Positions 45,980 to 60,400 of a stretch of 64,000 nucleotides of DNA are shown here, in pieces (the first letter of the stretch is position 1; each line of letters opens with the position of its first letter). The notes below the pieces were generated by a model, which was not told the origin of the DNA, ran no database searches, and worked only from the letters and a program-made list of their open reading frames with translations. The DNA lies in contig NIVC01000632.1 in assembly GCA_002269645.1 (NCBI GenBank), forward strand, positions 310,001-374,000, given 5' to 3'. The translations under genes were made by a program, and so were the position numbers. The DNA comes from Macrostomum lignano. Lineage: Eukaryota.

Positions 45980-48636
45980 TTATTTACCCTCTGCAGCGCG
46001 AACCTTCTTATTCCAAGCGATAAACTGTTTGGAAACGAGGTCCATCTGGAAAAAAGGCGAGAAAATTACGGCCATATATTTCAACAGCTCTACTCGTTAG
46101 TAGCAATATATGCGTACAAAAGAAACTTTATGGATAGAAAAACAATTGAAAAAGTATATATTTTAAAATTGTGTCAAACCCTGGAGACTCAGCTGGTCAC
46201 TAATACACTTGGTACAGACTCAACCGAGCACTATGAGCAGACTGCATATTTAATATGGCTGCCCTAGAAAAAACCAGTTCCCACTGACAAAATGGGTTGA
46301 AAAGGTTTCAATCGGAGCAGCAGGAATGTCGGCGGTTTTTACTTGACAGATTTTGAATCTCACCCATAGACTGATGGATTTTGAATCTCACCCATAGACT
46401 GATGGATTTTGAATCTCACCCATAGACTGATGGATTTTGAATCTCACATATAGACTGGTGGATTTTGAATCTCACACATAGATTGGTGGATTTTGAATGT
46501 TACCCATGGATTAGTGGATTTTGAATCTCACCCATAGACTGGTGGATTTTGAATCTCACATAGATTCGTGGATTTTGAATCTTACCCATGGATTGGCGGA
46601 TTTTGAATCTCACACATAGATTGGTGGATTTTAAATCTCATCCTTATGAATACTGATGGATTTTGAATCTCACACATAGATTGGTGGATTTTAAATCTCA
46701 TCCTTATGAATACTGATGGATTTTGAATCTCACACATAGATTGGTGGATTTTAAATCTCACCCATGGACCGATGGATTTTAAATCTCACACATAGATTGG
46801 TGGATTTTGAATCTCACCCATAGATTGGTGGATTTTGAATCTCACCCATAGATTGATGGATTTTGAATCTCACCCATAGACTGGTGGATTTTGAATCTCA
46901 CACATAGATTGGTGGATTTTGAATCTCACACATGGATTGGTGGATTTTGAATCTCACACATAGATTGATGGATTTTGAATCTCACCCATAGACTGGTGGA
47001 TTTTGAATCTCACCCATAGATTGATGGATTTTGAATCTCACCCGTAGACTGATGGATTTTAAATCGCAGTCAGCATCATACATATTGAGAAACTGTGTCA
47101 AACCCTGGAGACTCAGCTGGTCACTAATACACTTGGTACAGACTCAACTGAGCACTATGAGCAGACTGCATATTTAATCTGGCTGCCCTAGAAAAAACCA
47201 GTTCCCACTGACCAAATGGGTTGAAAAGGTTTCAATCGGAGCAGCAGGAATGTCGGCGGTTTTTACTTGACAGATTTTGAATCTCACCCATAGACTGATG
47301 GATTTTGAATCTCACATATAGACTGGTGGATTTTGAATCTCACTCATAGATTGGTGGATTTTGAATCTCACTCATAGATTGGTGGATTTTGAATCTCACA
47401 ATAGATTGGTGGATTTTGAATCTCACCCATAGATTGATGGATTTTGAATCTCACACATAGATTGGTGGATTTTGAATCTCACACATGGATTGATGGATTT
47501 TGAATCTCACACATGGATTGATGGATTTTGAATCTCACCCATAGACTGGTGGATTTTGAATCTCACACATAGATTGGTGGATTTTGTGCCCTCACCCTTA
47601 TTGATATCTCACTCTTATATTTGATGGATTTTGAATCTCAACCAGCATCATACATATTGAGAAACTGTGTCAAACCCTGGAGACTCAGCTGATCACTAAT
47701 ACACTTGGTACAGACTCAACCGAGCACTATGAGCAGACTGCATATTTAATCTGGCTGCCCTAGAAAAAACCAGTTCTCACTGACAAAATGGGTTGAAAAG
47801 GTTTCAATCGGAGCAGCCTTGGAATAAACGTCATAAAAAAGGTGACTTACAAAGCTGAAATACACATTTAGCAGTTCGTAGGTCTGCTGCTCCAATTTCT
47901 GGGCATCCTCAGTCTGCTCCAACTGCTTCTGACGCAGCTCGGCAAAGCGCTCCAACAGTTTCTGATCGGCAGCTCGAAGGTGCTCGCTGTCGAGTACAGA
48001 CTTCAGCTCGGAGATTCTCTCCAGAGCGGCTGCGGTCTCCCGGATCTGCTGCTCCTCGCTCAGGATGACTCGAATCTTGGCCTCGGTCGACAGAGCCGTC
48101 TCTTCGCAGAACCGGCTGTCCATGTACTTATCAATCTCGTTGAATCTGGCCAGAATTCGCTGAACTTTGTCTCGTTTAGCCGTGCTGGCTTCGTATTTCT
48201 TGTTCACCGTCTGCAGCGTTTCGGCGCACTGGGAAGGCGAGGAAGAGGACGGGGCTTTGTACTTTAAGAGCTGTTTAGATAGTTCATGGGGCTTTGTACT
48301 TTAAGAGCTGTTTAGATAGTTCATGGGGCTTTGTACTTTACCAACTGATAGTCAGTTCACGGGGCTTTGGACTTTAACAGCTGTATAGATAGTTCCCGGG
48401 GGTACTGTACTTTGCCAACTGATAGTCAGTTCACGGGGCTTTGGACTTTAACAGCTGTATAGATAGTTCACGGGGGAGTTGTACTTTACCAACTGATAGT
48501 CAGTTTACAAGAGCAGTTTGCTGAACTGAAGGAATGAACTTACAGACTCAGCCTCCTTAACCAATGTAGGCGGATTGGCACCAAAAACTTTCTTTTCCAT
48601 TTCAGCAATTCTCTCTTTAAGAACATTATAGTCCAT
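45980..48636 (-). CDS. DCTN3: Dynactin subunit 3 (p24/p22); exons 48636-48544, 48228-47851, 46045-45980 (~178 aa)
   Basis: The translation MDYNVLKERIAEMEKKVFG..AKRDKVQR..EIDKYMD..STEAKIRVILSEEQQI..LDSEHLRA..LVSKQFIAWNKKV matches recalled human DCTN3 motifs (RVEELERWVYG, SKRERVK, SKLQFILAEEQFI, LDSAHIKA, LSKQFVQWD). GT-AG introns, all phase 0. Confidence 0.85.
46170..47817. repeat. Triplicated ~150-bp block separated by a 26-bp minisatellite, DCTN3 intron 2
   Basis: The block TGTGTCAAACCCTGGAGAC...CGGAGCAGC starts at 46170, 47094 and 47666; spacers are GATTTTGAATCTCACCCATAGACTGATG-type units. Confidence 0.9.
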
Positions 48637-48939
48637 TATTGTTTATTGTGTTTGATGAAAACTCTCATAAATGAATGGATAAATCTGCTCAAAATAAACC
48701 TCAAAACATTAGTGCATATTAATTTAACAAGAAGTAGTTCTTACTTATTTGGCATTTTGTGGCCTATAGAGTTACAAAAGGGTTGTTGTTTATTAAAGAA
48801 GATCAATACTTAGCACTCTTATGCATGACCTTAAAATGAAATTCTGCAGACCTAGTACAAGCTAAGATATTGGTAGATAAATAACCTATATTAAAATTTT
48901 AGGCTAGGTAATTTTGAATTTTAGAAAAATGACTAGCAA

Positions 48940-50030
48940 TCAGCGCCCCCCGTTGGGGAGCCAAAAAATACAGCACAAGTTTTTTAATAAACTACATATA
49001 AGCGTCTCTTTGCATTATACCTCAGCAAACCCTTGTAAGCCTTGACATGCCAGCAATTCCTCCCCCCCCCCACAAGCCTTAGCATATCAACTCCCCCTTG
49101 ACATCTTAGCAATTCCCCCATAAGCCTTGAAATCTTAAAAAATCTGTTAACCTTCTAAACCTAACCCTAACCCTAACCCTAACCCTAACCCTAACCCTAA
49201 AGCATTGACATTTCAGTAATTCTCTCCGAGAGTCATTATAGCACTACAGCATTATAGCGATTCCCTGCAAGCCTCGACATCGTAGGGATTCCCAAATGAA
49301 TCTCTTAACTTCGACATGAAGCTTCTTTTATTTTTTACATTACACTTTATCTATCAGCGATCCTTCCCGTGAAGAGCCAATAAATAATGAAAACATTTTT
49401 CAATAAACTACATCATCTACATGTAGCTTGTGAATTTAGCCTTGACATCTCGGTTATTCCCCCGTGAGCCTTGACATCTCAGCTATTCCCCCCGTAAGCC
49501 TTGTCATGTTAGCGATGCCCCCCATAAACCTTGATATCTGAAAAATCCCCTGTTAATCTTGAAACCCGCTAAAATCTAACCATCAACCCAAACCTGACCT
49601 AAACCTAACTTTAACCCAACCTAAAGCCTTAAATCTCAGCAATTCTTCTCCCCTAAGCCTTGACATTTTAGTGATTCCTTATTTAAGAATCACAGCACCA
49701 TAGCGATTCCCTCCAAGCCTTGGCATCGTAGCAATTCCCAAATGAATCTTTTAACTTTGACATAATGACTCTTCTTTTATGTATACATAGTGCTTCTTTT
49801 CTTTTTTACATGACTCTTCTTCTATCAGCGCCCCCTCCCCCGTAGCGAGCCAACAAAGAATGTAATAAAAAATTAAGTAAACTACATGTACTTTGAAGTA
49901 GCTTCTGACGTTTGCTACTTTGCTTCTCTGGCATCTCAGAAACCGCCTCCCCAAAATCTCAGTTATTCTCCGTGAGCCTTGACATCTTAGTAATTCTCCC
50001 CAGCACAGCACAATAGCTTCTTTTAATTTT
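48940..50030. repeat. About three diverged ~430-bp units including (CCCTAA)6 at 49165-49200
   Basis: CAGCG..GAGCCAA..TAAACTACAT starts at ~48942, ~49355 and ~49826. Confidence 0.7.
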
Positions 50031-50039
50031 TACATGACA

Positions 50040-53000
50040 CTTCTTTCATGTCTGACATGACGCTTCTTTTATTCTTCCATGACGCTTCTATGATTTCTCA
50101 AATGACACTTCCATTAGTTTTTATATGAGGCTTCTATGATCTTTTGATGACGCTTCTATGATTGTTTACATGACGCTTCTATGATTGTTTGCATGACGCT
50201 TTTATGATTTTTACATGACGCTTCTATAATTGTTTGCATGACGCTTCTATGATTTTTACATGACGATTCTATGATTGTTTACATGACGCTTCTATGATTG
50301 TTTACATGACGCTTCTATGATTTTTACATGACACTTCTATGATTGTTTACATGACGCTTCTATGATTGTTTGCATGACGCTTCTATGATTTTTTCATGAC
50401 GCTTTTATGATTGTTTACATGACGCTTCTATGATTTTTACATGACGCTTCTATGATTGCTACAAGACGCTTCTATGATTTTTTGCATGACGCTTCTATGA
50501 TTTTTTCATGTCGCTTCTATGATTTTTACATGACGCTTCTATGATTGTTTACAAGACGCTTCTATAATTTTTTACATGACGCTTCTATGATTTTTATATG
50601 ACGCTTCTACGATTTTTTACATGACGCTTCTATGATTGTTTACATGACGCTTCTATGATTTTTTACATGACGCTTCTATGATTGTTTATATGACGCTTCT
50701 ATGATTTTTTACATGACGCTTCTATGATTGTTTACATGACGCTTCTATGATTGTTTACATGACGCTTCTATGATTTTTACATGACGCTTCTATGATTTTT
50801 TTCATGACGCTTCTATGATTTTTACATGACGCTTCTACGATTGTTTGCCTGACGCTTCTATGATTGTTTGCCTGACGCTTCTATGATTGTTTACATGACG
50901 CTTCTATGATTTTTACATGACGCTTCTATGATTTTTGACATGACGCTTCTATGATTGTTTACATGACGCTTCTATGATTTTTACATGACGCTTCTATGAT
51001 TGTTTACATGACGCTTCTATGATTTTTTTACATGACGCTTCTATGATTTTTACATGACGCTTCTATGATTTTTACATGACGCTTCTATGATTTTTTACAT
51101 GACGCTTCTATGATTTTTACATGACGCTTCTATGATTTTTACATGACGCTTCTATGATTTTTTACATGACGCTTTTATGATTTTTACATGACGCTTCTAT
51201 GATTTTTACATGACGCTTCTATGATTGTTTACATGACGCTTCTATGATTGTTTACATGACGCTTCTATGATTGTTTACATGACGCTTCTATGATTGTTTA
51301 CATGACGCTTCTATGATTTTTACATGACGCTTCTATGATTGTTTACATGACGCTTCTATGATTGTTTACATGACGCTTCATGATTGTTTACATGACGCTT
51401 CTATGATTTTTTTAAATGACGCTTCATGATTGTTTATATGACGCTTCTATGATTTTTTAAATGACGCTTCTATGATTTTTTACATGACGCTTCTATGATT
51501 GTTTACATGACGCTTCTATGATTGTTTATATGACGCTTCTATGATTTTTTCATGACGCTTTTATGATTTTTACATGACGCTTTTATGATTGTTTACATGA
51601 CGCTTCTATGATTGTTTACATGACGCTTCTATGATTGTTTACATGACGCTTCAGTGATTGTTTACATGACGCTTCTATGATTTTTACATGACGCTTCTAT
51701 GATTGTTTACATGACGCTTCTATGATTGTTTACATGACGCTTCTATGATTGTTTACATGACGCTTCTATGATTTTTTACATGACGCTTCTATGATTGTTT
51801 ACATGACGCTTCTATGATTTTTTACATGACGCTTCTATGATTGTTTACATGACGCTTCTATGATTTTTTACATGACGCTTCTATGATTGTTTACATGACG
51901 CTTCTATGATTGTTTATATGACGCTTCTATGATTTTTTTAAAAGACGCTTCTATGATTGTTTATATGACGCTTCTATGATTGTTTACATGACGCTTCTAT
52001 GATTGTTTATATGACGCTTCTATGATTTTTTTAAATGACGCTTCTATGATTTTTTACATGACGCTTCTATGATTTTTTACATGACGCTTTTATGATTGTT
52101 TACATGACGCTTCAGTGATTGTTTACATGACGCTTCTATGATTTTTACATGACGCTTCTATGATTGTTTACATGACGCTTCTATGATTGTTTACATGACG
52201 CTTCAGTGATTGTTTACATGACGCTTTTATGATTTTTTACATGACGCTTCTATGATTGTTTACATGACGCTTCTATGATTTTTTACATGACGCTTCTATG
52301 ATTGTTTACATGACGCTTCTATGATTGTTTATATGACGCTTCTATGATTTTTTTAAAAGACGCTTCTATGATTGTTTATATGACGCTTCTATGATTGTTT
52401 ACATAACGCTTCTATGATTGTTTATATGACGCTTCTATGATTTTTTACATGACGCTTCTATGATTTTTTACATGACGCTTTATGATTTTTTACATGACGC
52501 TTCAGTGATTGTTTATATGACGCTTCGATGATTTTTTACATGACTCTTCTATGATTGTTTACATGACGCTTCTATGATTGTTTACATGACGCTTCTATGA
52601 TTGTTTATATGACGCTTCTATGATTTTTTCATGACGCTTTTATGATTTTTACATGACGCTTTTATGATTGTTTACATGACGCTTCTATGATTGTTTACAT
52701 GACGCTTCTATGATTGTTTACATGACGCTTCAGTGATTGTTTACATGACGCTTCTATGATTTTTACATGACGCTTCTATGATTGTTTACATGACGCTTCT
52801 ATGATTGTTTACATGACGCTTCAGTGATTGTTTACATGACGCTTCTATGATTGTTTACATGACGCTTCTATGATTGTTTACATGACGCTTCTATGATTGT
52901 TTACATGACGCTTCAGTGATTGTTTACATGACGCTTCTATGATTTTTTTACATGACGCTTCTATGATTGTTTACATGACGCTTCTATGATTTTTTACATG

Positions 53001-54380
53001 ACGCTTCTATGATTGTTTACATGACGCTTCTATGATTGTTTATATGACGCTTCTATGATTTTTTTAAAAGACGCTTCTATGATTGTTTATATGACGCTTC
53101 TATGATTGTTTACATAACGCTTCTATGATTGTTTATATGACGCTTCTATGATTTTTTTAAATGACGCTTCTATGATTTTTTACATGACGCTTCTATGATT
53201 TTTTACATGACGCTTTATGATTTTTACATGACGCTTCAGTGATTGTTTATATGACGCTTCGATGATTTTTTACATGACTCTTCTATGATTGTTTACATGA
53301 CGCTTCTATGATTGTTTACATGACGCTTCTATGATTGTTTATATGACGCTTCTATGATTTTTTCATGACGCTTTTATGATTTTTACATGACGCTTTTATG
53401 ATTGTTTACATGACGCTTCTATGATTGTTTACATGACGCTTCTATGATTGTTTACATGACGCTTCAGTGATTGTTTACATGACGCTTCTATGATTTTTAC
53501 ATGACGCTTCTATGATTGTTTACATGACGCTTCTATGATTGTTTACATGACGCTTCAGTGATTGTTTACATGACGCTTCTATGATTTTTTACATGACGCT
53601 TCTATGATTGTTTACATGACGCTTCTATGATTTTTTACATGACGCTTCTATGATTGTTTACATGACGCTTCTATGATTGTTTATATGACGCTTCTATGAT
53701 TTTTTTAAAAGACGCTTCTATGATTGTTTATATGACGCTTCTATGATTTTTTAAATGACGCTTCAATTATTGTTTATATGACGCTTCTATGATTTTTTAT
53801 ATGACGCTTCTATGATTGTTTACATGACGCTTCTATGATTTTTTACATGACGCTTTTATGATTGTTTACATGACGCTTCAGTGATTGTTTATATGACGCT
53901 TCGATGATTTTTTACATGACGCTTCTATGATTGTTTACATGACGCTTCTATGATTGTTTATATGACGCTTCTATGATTTTTTCATGACGCTTTTATGATT
54001 GTTTACATGACGCTTCTATGATTGTTTACATGACGCTTCTATGATTTTTACATGACGCTTCTATGATTTTTTCATGACGCTTTTATGATTTTTACATGAC
54101 GCTTCAATGATTGTTTACATGACGCTTCTATGATTGTTTATATGACGCTTCTTTGATTTTTACATGACGCTTCTATGATTGTTTGCATGACGCTTCTATG
54201 ATTTTTTACATGACGCTCCTATGATTGTTTACATGACGCTTCTATGATTGTTTACATGACGCTTCTATGATTTTTTTAAAAGACGCTTCTATGATTTTTA
54301 CATGACGCTTTTATGATTTTTGACATGACGCTTCTATGATTTTTACATGACGCTTCTATGATTTTTACATGACGCTTCTT
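50040..54380. repeat. ~23-bp satellite (CATGACGCTTCTATGATTGTTTA), ~4.3 kb
   Basis: Direct inspection. Confidence 0.95.
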
Positions 54381-57300
54381 TTTAAAAAGTCTTTTAGTTT
54401 TCCTGACGTTGAAAAGCTTTAATTAAAAAAATTATACTCTATGAAAATTCGAACCACCGTCGCTGCATTTAGCAGTTCAGTTTGTTCACCTCTAGGCTAG
54501 CTCTCATCGTTTTGATAACATCAAATTTTGCACTTATATAATTCAACACTTTAAAATCTAAGCATAGAGTAAATCACACGAAGCAGTTATGACATAATCA
54601 GTTTCTCAGTCAGTCAGTATCAGTTAACAATTATGGTTACGCAATTTAAATCAAGTCTGTGCTACGCTTCCACACTGCATTTTCAATTCAAGTCGGAGTT
54701 ACAATTCAGTGATGATGCAATCTATTTCAGAATCAGAATTCAACCAGTCAGTTTTTTCTCTAGCATTCTTACAATGCATTTCAAGTCAAAAAGTTTGCTT
54801 GACCTTTGCAAAAAAGCATGTTTTTCGAATATTTAATGCCTTTAGCATCGAGCAATTTCTTAGCCACGATGCATGTACCGTCACGGGAAAATTTCTGATC
54901 GAACAGTGCAAGTCTCATAAAAATCGGTTAAGCCATTTTTTCTCTAATCGATTACAAGCAAGCAAGATTTTCATTTTTAGTATATTGGAAATGTCTCTAC
55001 TCTTTCCTTGAAAACATTGAAGCCAAATCATTTGAAAGAATAGACAGAATTATGATAAGCTGATTGCTGTTGCGACAAGTGTATGAAGCTTCTATATTGT
55101 TAGCAGTTTTTTTAACTTGGCAGTCTGGTTCCTGGTATCTACAAAGATAGCACTAAGACTTCTAGGCAATGGTTGAGACTATATATAGTACTAAGACAGA
55201 TATGGACTTGCTTAGGCAACACAGCAAGCTAACATGGGGTATATTATTAGTCAAATGAAGTAAGATGCTTATTTATTATTAGCTAGCAATAGTAATTTTA
55301 ATAAATATATTTGCTTATATAAATCTGAATGAAAAACCATATTAAATTAAAAAGAAAATAATAAAATCTAATGAAGCATCCAGATAATTATTAGCACTAG
55401 TATAACTTTATAGTATTTAGTCATGGGCATTACAACAAATTTAGAAAAAGTTATAAGAGCCTATTGTAAGATTGGGCCTTAGAATATAATATTGCACCTT
55501 ATTATTGGCAAAACTTGTCATATATGGCAAATATTATATTTTTCTTTTGTAGAAAAAAGGAAAAATTGCATTCTTGATTTAAAAATGATATCTTAAATTA
55601 AAACTAGACCCTATATATAATTTTATATTCTAGGACTAGCAATAAAGCCAAAAGATACTATTTATATAGACTTTTAGGCATTATTTCATTAGATAATCCA
55701 AGAGCAAGTCAAGCTTCATTTTACAATCCCTGTTAAAAAAATAGTCAAAGTCAAGACACTTTAATATATCAAAAATTGTTTCACAATTATTGTATATTGT
55801 CTTCATTTTCCAAATCACTCTAAATCATCATTGCAATTGTCATTAAAATGTAGCATAAAAAGTTATAGAAATATAGCTTATATCCACTTTCATCACATAG
55901 GGCCTAATCATTTAAATGGTTAAATTGTATATAGATGATTGTAAGACAAAACCAAAAAAGCTTGTAGGTTTCAAATTATAACCACACCAATAATAAAATT
56001 GTATTGAAGGGATTGTAAGGGGGCCTATCACAAAATTGAATGGATTAGTATGCAAGTATGGTGACATGGTCCCAAATTTGCAGTTTGATTGTGTTCATTC
56101 TATAGATACAAAGTCTATGTAGTCTACATCAAACAGTATATCTCTATCAATGATTGACAAATAATTGAAAACAAAATTATTTGTTATGATAATTGCTTCT
56201 ACACAACCTCACTTTTGTTTTAAGATCCCCATTCAATATAAAACATATGTTTATTTCACTAGGGGGATTGTGAGATAAAAGTGAAGGGGGCTAAATACAG
56301 GTACAATAGTTATAAATGTCTAATTTTTGTTTTTTTGTGGAATGTCCAAGATATACACCTAGCCAAGACAAAACCATTAATTGATTAATATACCAAAAAT
56401 TCCTAGAATTTTGAAATATGATCCTTCCAATATAAATTTTACTATTAGTATATTTTAAAACCTATAAACTCTTTTGGTTTTGTCTTATGACTATCTACAT
56501 ATAAATTCACCAGTTAAATGATCATATAATGAAAGTGAATATAAGCTATGTTCATAACAAAACATAAGAATTAATGCTATGATACTGCACTTAGAATTGG
56601 TCCTATTTTAAAGTTTGATTTTAAGAGTAATTTTAACTTAAATGGTTTGTTAGTTTATATCTATCTAGACATCTATATAAATTACAAATATTAGGCCCCC
56701 CTAGGCCTATCTATTTGGCGCTTGGCTTTGATTAGATTAGAGCAACTATAAGGTCTAATCAAAAACTGTTATTATTTTTTAGGCCTAATCAATAAAAATA
56801 TATATAGAGACTAACTGTCCCATTGCTGTGTTTCATACACCCAAACGGCGTCTGCAGGGTCTAAAAAATGTCTTTCATTAAATTATGCTTTACTTAGGGT
56901 ATAGGCCTAGCATGTCTAGGCACTCGCACTTCTAGACTAGACTAGAGCCTACTAACCTAGCTGTTCTGTTCGCCATCGCCATTGTCTAATCAGTGAAAAA
57001 AAGATTCCTATGGGATATGGATTTGGAACTATAAACGCCTTGCAACTGCAAAAGCTAATGCTTAACAGCGAATTGACAAAAGTCAGGACTTCAGTCAGGT
57101 AGTTAAATCGAGTTACGGTTATATGGTCGAGGAACTTTAGGCAGTTTTTTAATTTTGTCGTTTTAAGGAGTTTTAACAAACATACTAATTTCTTTCACCG
57201 TAGTGTTTTTTTTGAAAAAGTGCATCAACTGATTCTATATATATTTAAACCCTTTTCTTATTTTAGGAAAACCTTTTGCTTTTTAGAGCAACAAAAAAGT

Positions 57301-57404
57301 GTTTGGTTAGTTCTTTTCAATATGGGAATTCCATTCGATTTTGTATCAGTCAATATATTTTTGCGTCTGTGGCCAAAACCCATGCTGCGCGCTCCAACTA
57401 CAAC

Positions 57405-60400
57405 ATGAAGGTAAAATTCCAAATATTGATATTTAAACTTTGAAAAGCTATTAAATATGGAAGCTTTTTTAATCTTCTTGTACCTACTACTCATTGAAAA
57501 GAATTAAGTCAATATTTTTATCAGAGTAAAGCATTTGCAAACAATTTTGAGTAGGAGCTTTATTTTAAAAATTCATAGAATTCATGAACTTCTTTGTATT
57601 CGAGAAGAGTGTGAGGGTGGCAGAGGCGAGAGAGGGATTTGAGTTATAAATTATTAAAGACATTCTATTTAATAAGCTTTTGTCTCATGACACTTAAAGC
57701 TTTAGAGTTGTTTCGGAATCGCAGTACAGAGCAAATATTATAATTAAGTAAAATTGTGACACAATTCAAACCGTATATCTAACAAAACGTAGACTCTAAC
57801 GCAAGTATTTTATTATTTCAGCGAGTATTTCACCTGCCTCCAAAATCCCATGGAAGTGGAGGGATAACATTTTCATGGCAGAAGACTATTGGCAATCTGA
57901 TTGCCACAACTGGGTAAGTTGTAATCTGATGAAATTCAATTGTGAGCGCTAGCTCGTACTCGACAATATTCAGGTGAATTTGAATAAATCAAAACTAACT
58001 TGAAAATTTTAAGGAGTGATCAACGTCTGAACATCTTTGACCGTCACGGTGAAGTGAAAGGAGAGCTGACACTCAATGGGTTCGTGAAGAAAGTTTATTT
58101 GTTAAAAAACTAGAAGCTTCTAGCAAGCTACCCATTTTGAAAAAAAATTATTGGCCCGTTTTCAGAAACTGCGTTGGAATGGATTGGAACAAGGACGGCG
58201 ATTACCTGGCCGTCATCACCGATAGGAGCTCCATCATCTTGCTCTGGGATGCCCACACCTTGCGTCTGTATGAGATTGACAGCGGCTTCAAGTGAGTGTG
58301 TAAAGCGAATTGTGTTGCTTTTTTCTGGTTGCTCATGTCAAACTTCACCACCAACAAATTCCCAGGGACGCGCTGTCTTTCTTATCCTGGTCAGCGGTCG
58401 GTCCTCAGCTGGCTGTCGGCAGCACCAAAGGCAACCTGCTGCTGTACAATCACTCAACCTCGCGCAAGGTGCCAATCCTTGGCAAGCACAGCCGTAAGAT
58501 CATCTGCGGCTGCTGGAGCGCTGAGAATCTGCTGGCCCTTGGCAGCGAAGACAAAACCCTCACAGTCAGCAACTCGGACGGCGACACGCTGAAGCAGACG
58601 AGCCTGCGAGACCTGCCCAGCCTGACGCAGTTCTCCGAGATGAAGAGCGACGAACGCTCGGGCATGGGTGACAACACCGTGTCCTGCGTGATCGGAGGCA
58701 AGACCCTGTTCCTGTACAACCTGCAGGATCCCGAGAATCCAGTAGAGCTGGCCTTTCAAACTCGCTACGGTCATATTGTTGACTACAGGTGGTACGGCGA
58801 CGGCTATATTATGATTGGCTTTTCGCAGGGCTACTTCGTCATCATCTCGACTCACATGAAAGAGATTGGCCAGGTTAGAAAAATTTGTTACTTGTCGGCT
58901 AGCTATTAAAGCACACAGAAAACGTTATATCTTAAGTAGTCCTTGACTTATAATAACTAAATTAGCCACTCAGAACATTTGCGTGTAAACCTATTTTCTG
59001 AAATATTCTGTAGTTTAGCATGATCATCTATGTATCTAAGGTGGTTATAAAAGTGCTTACACCTAATTGTCAATGTGTTTATACCGATAGTACGTAACTC
59101 CAATTGTAACCAAATACCAAATCCGCAGGAGTTATTCCAAGCCCAGGACCACAAGAACAATCTCAGCTCGGTGGCCATCTCGACTTCGCTGGGCCGGTGC
59201 GCTTCCGCCGGCGACGACCGGGTTCGAATCCGCGACCTAAACGAGCCGAGCGACCTCGTCAGCATCATCACTCTGGAGGACGAGAAAAGTGTCGGCCGGG
59301 TCGAGTGGACTGAGGACGGGCAGCTGCTGGCGGTGGCCACGCCCAAAGGCAGTCTGCACATCTTCCTCACCAAGCTGCCCATGCTGGGGGTGGCCTGCCA
59401 GACGAGGATCGCCTACTTGACATCGCTGCTTGAGGTCACGCTCGTTGACCCGGTGGACACAGTGAGTTTTTTTAAGCCAGCATCCTTCTTGTCTTGGCCT
59501 TAGAAATACATAATACTGACAACAAAAGATATTGATTTCCTGGCGATGGTGCTGGCACCCTCTCAGTTGAAATGCCTACATTGACAATCCTGACTACACC
59601 CCAGAAGCTTATATGTACGTCTGCAATGGTCACGTGACTACTTTGCTTCGTCCAATAGCGACACGCCTGAGTGCATGGCGTGAGGTGGGTGTCTATTACA
59701 TAAGCATAGAGAAAGAAGGCGTGCGGACCGAGTACAATGTACATAGAGTGTTAGGGGTAGAGGCGTGAAGTGGGTGTTAGGTTGGAAAACGAGAGCTGAA
59801 AAAGTCACTCAGAAAAAATCTAGGCTATGTACTTTATCACCAACCATGACTTATTGTGAGTTTGAATCTCACTTTTGAACACAAATTTGGAAGCTCACAT
59901 TGGCTCACTGACTGGGAGTCGAACACATGACCCGCCTGAGTGAGATAAAGGAATCCAAATCACGATTCTATAGCAGCTAAGCGATTTAGCAGCATCAAAA
60001 TGCCTCCCCAACATGCAGTCTGTCCAAGCCAAGAACTTGTCTGTGGAGGTGGAGCCGACCTTCATTGGCCTGGGCCCGGAGCACCTGGCCGTGGGCATGA
60101 ACAACCGGATCTGGTTTCATCGGATTTCCGAGTCAGGCATTGTGCCGCAGTCTAGTGAAGAGTATCTTGGCACTGTGACATCCGTGAAGTTGAATTCTGA
60201 GTACGCGGCCGCTCTGTTCGAGGGCAAGGTCATGCTTCACGTGGTGAGCAATCGGTTCATGATTATTAATACAGCATGCATGTATTATAATACTTTAGTT
60301 ATATTAAACTTTTAGTGCACTATTATGCTAGATGCACTTTTACAGCGCAGCGCTGCGTCTTTATTTAAAACATAACTGATTTCTCACGGTAGATGCGATC

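Noticed and set aside
49165-49200. (CCCTAA)6 as a chromosome-fusion scar
   Set aside because: Only six units in one orientation, with a degenerate counterpart in the next ~430-bp unit, so it is part of a dispersed repeat.
55200-55220. CTTGCTTAGGCAAC as the WDR19 X-box
   Set aside because: It mismatches the consensus at the first base and spacer and lies 2.2 kb upstream; no convincing X-box was seen near the ATG.
56816-56860. WVY-containing mini-exon as DCTN3 coding exon 1
   Set aside because: A much better first exon with ATG, similarity and matching phase lies at 48636-48544.
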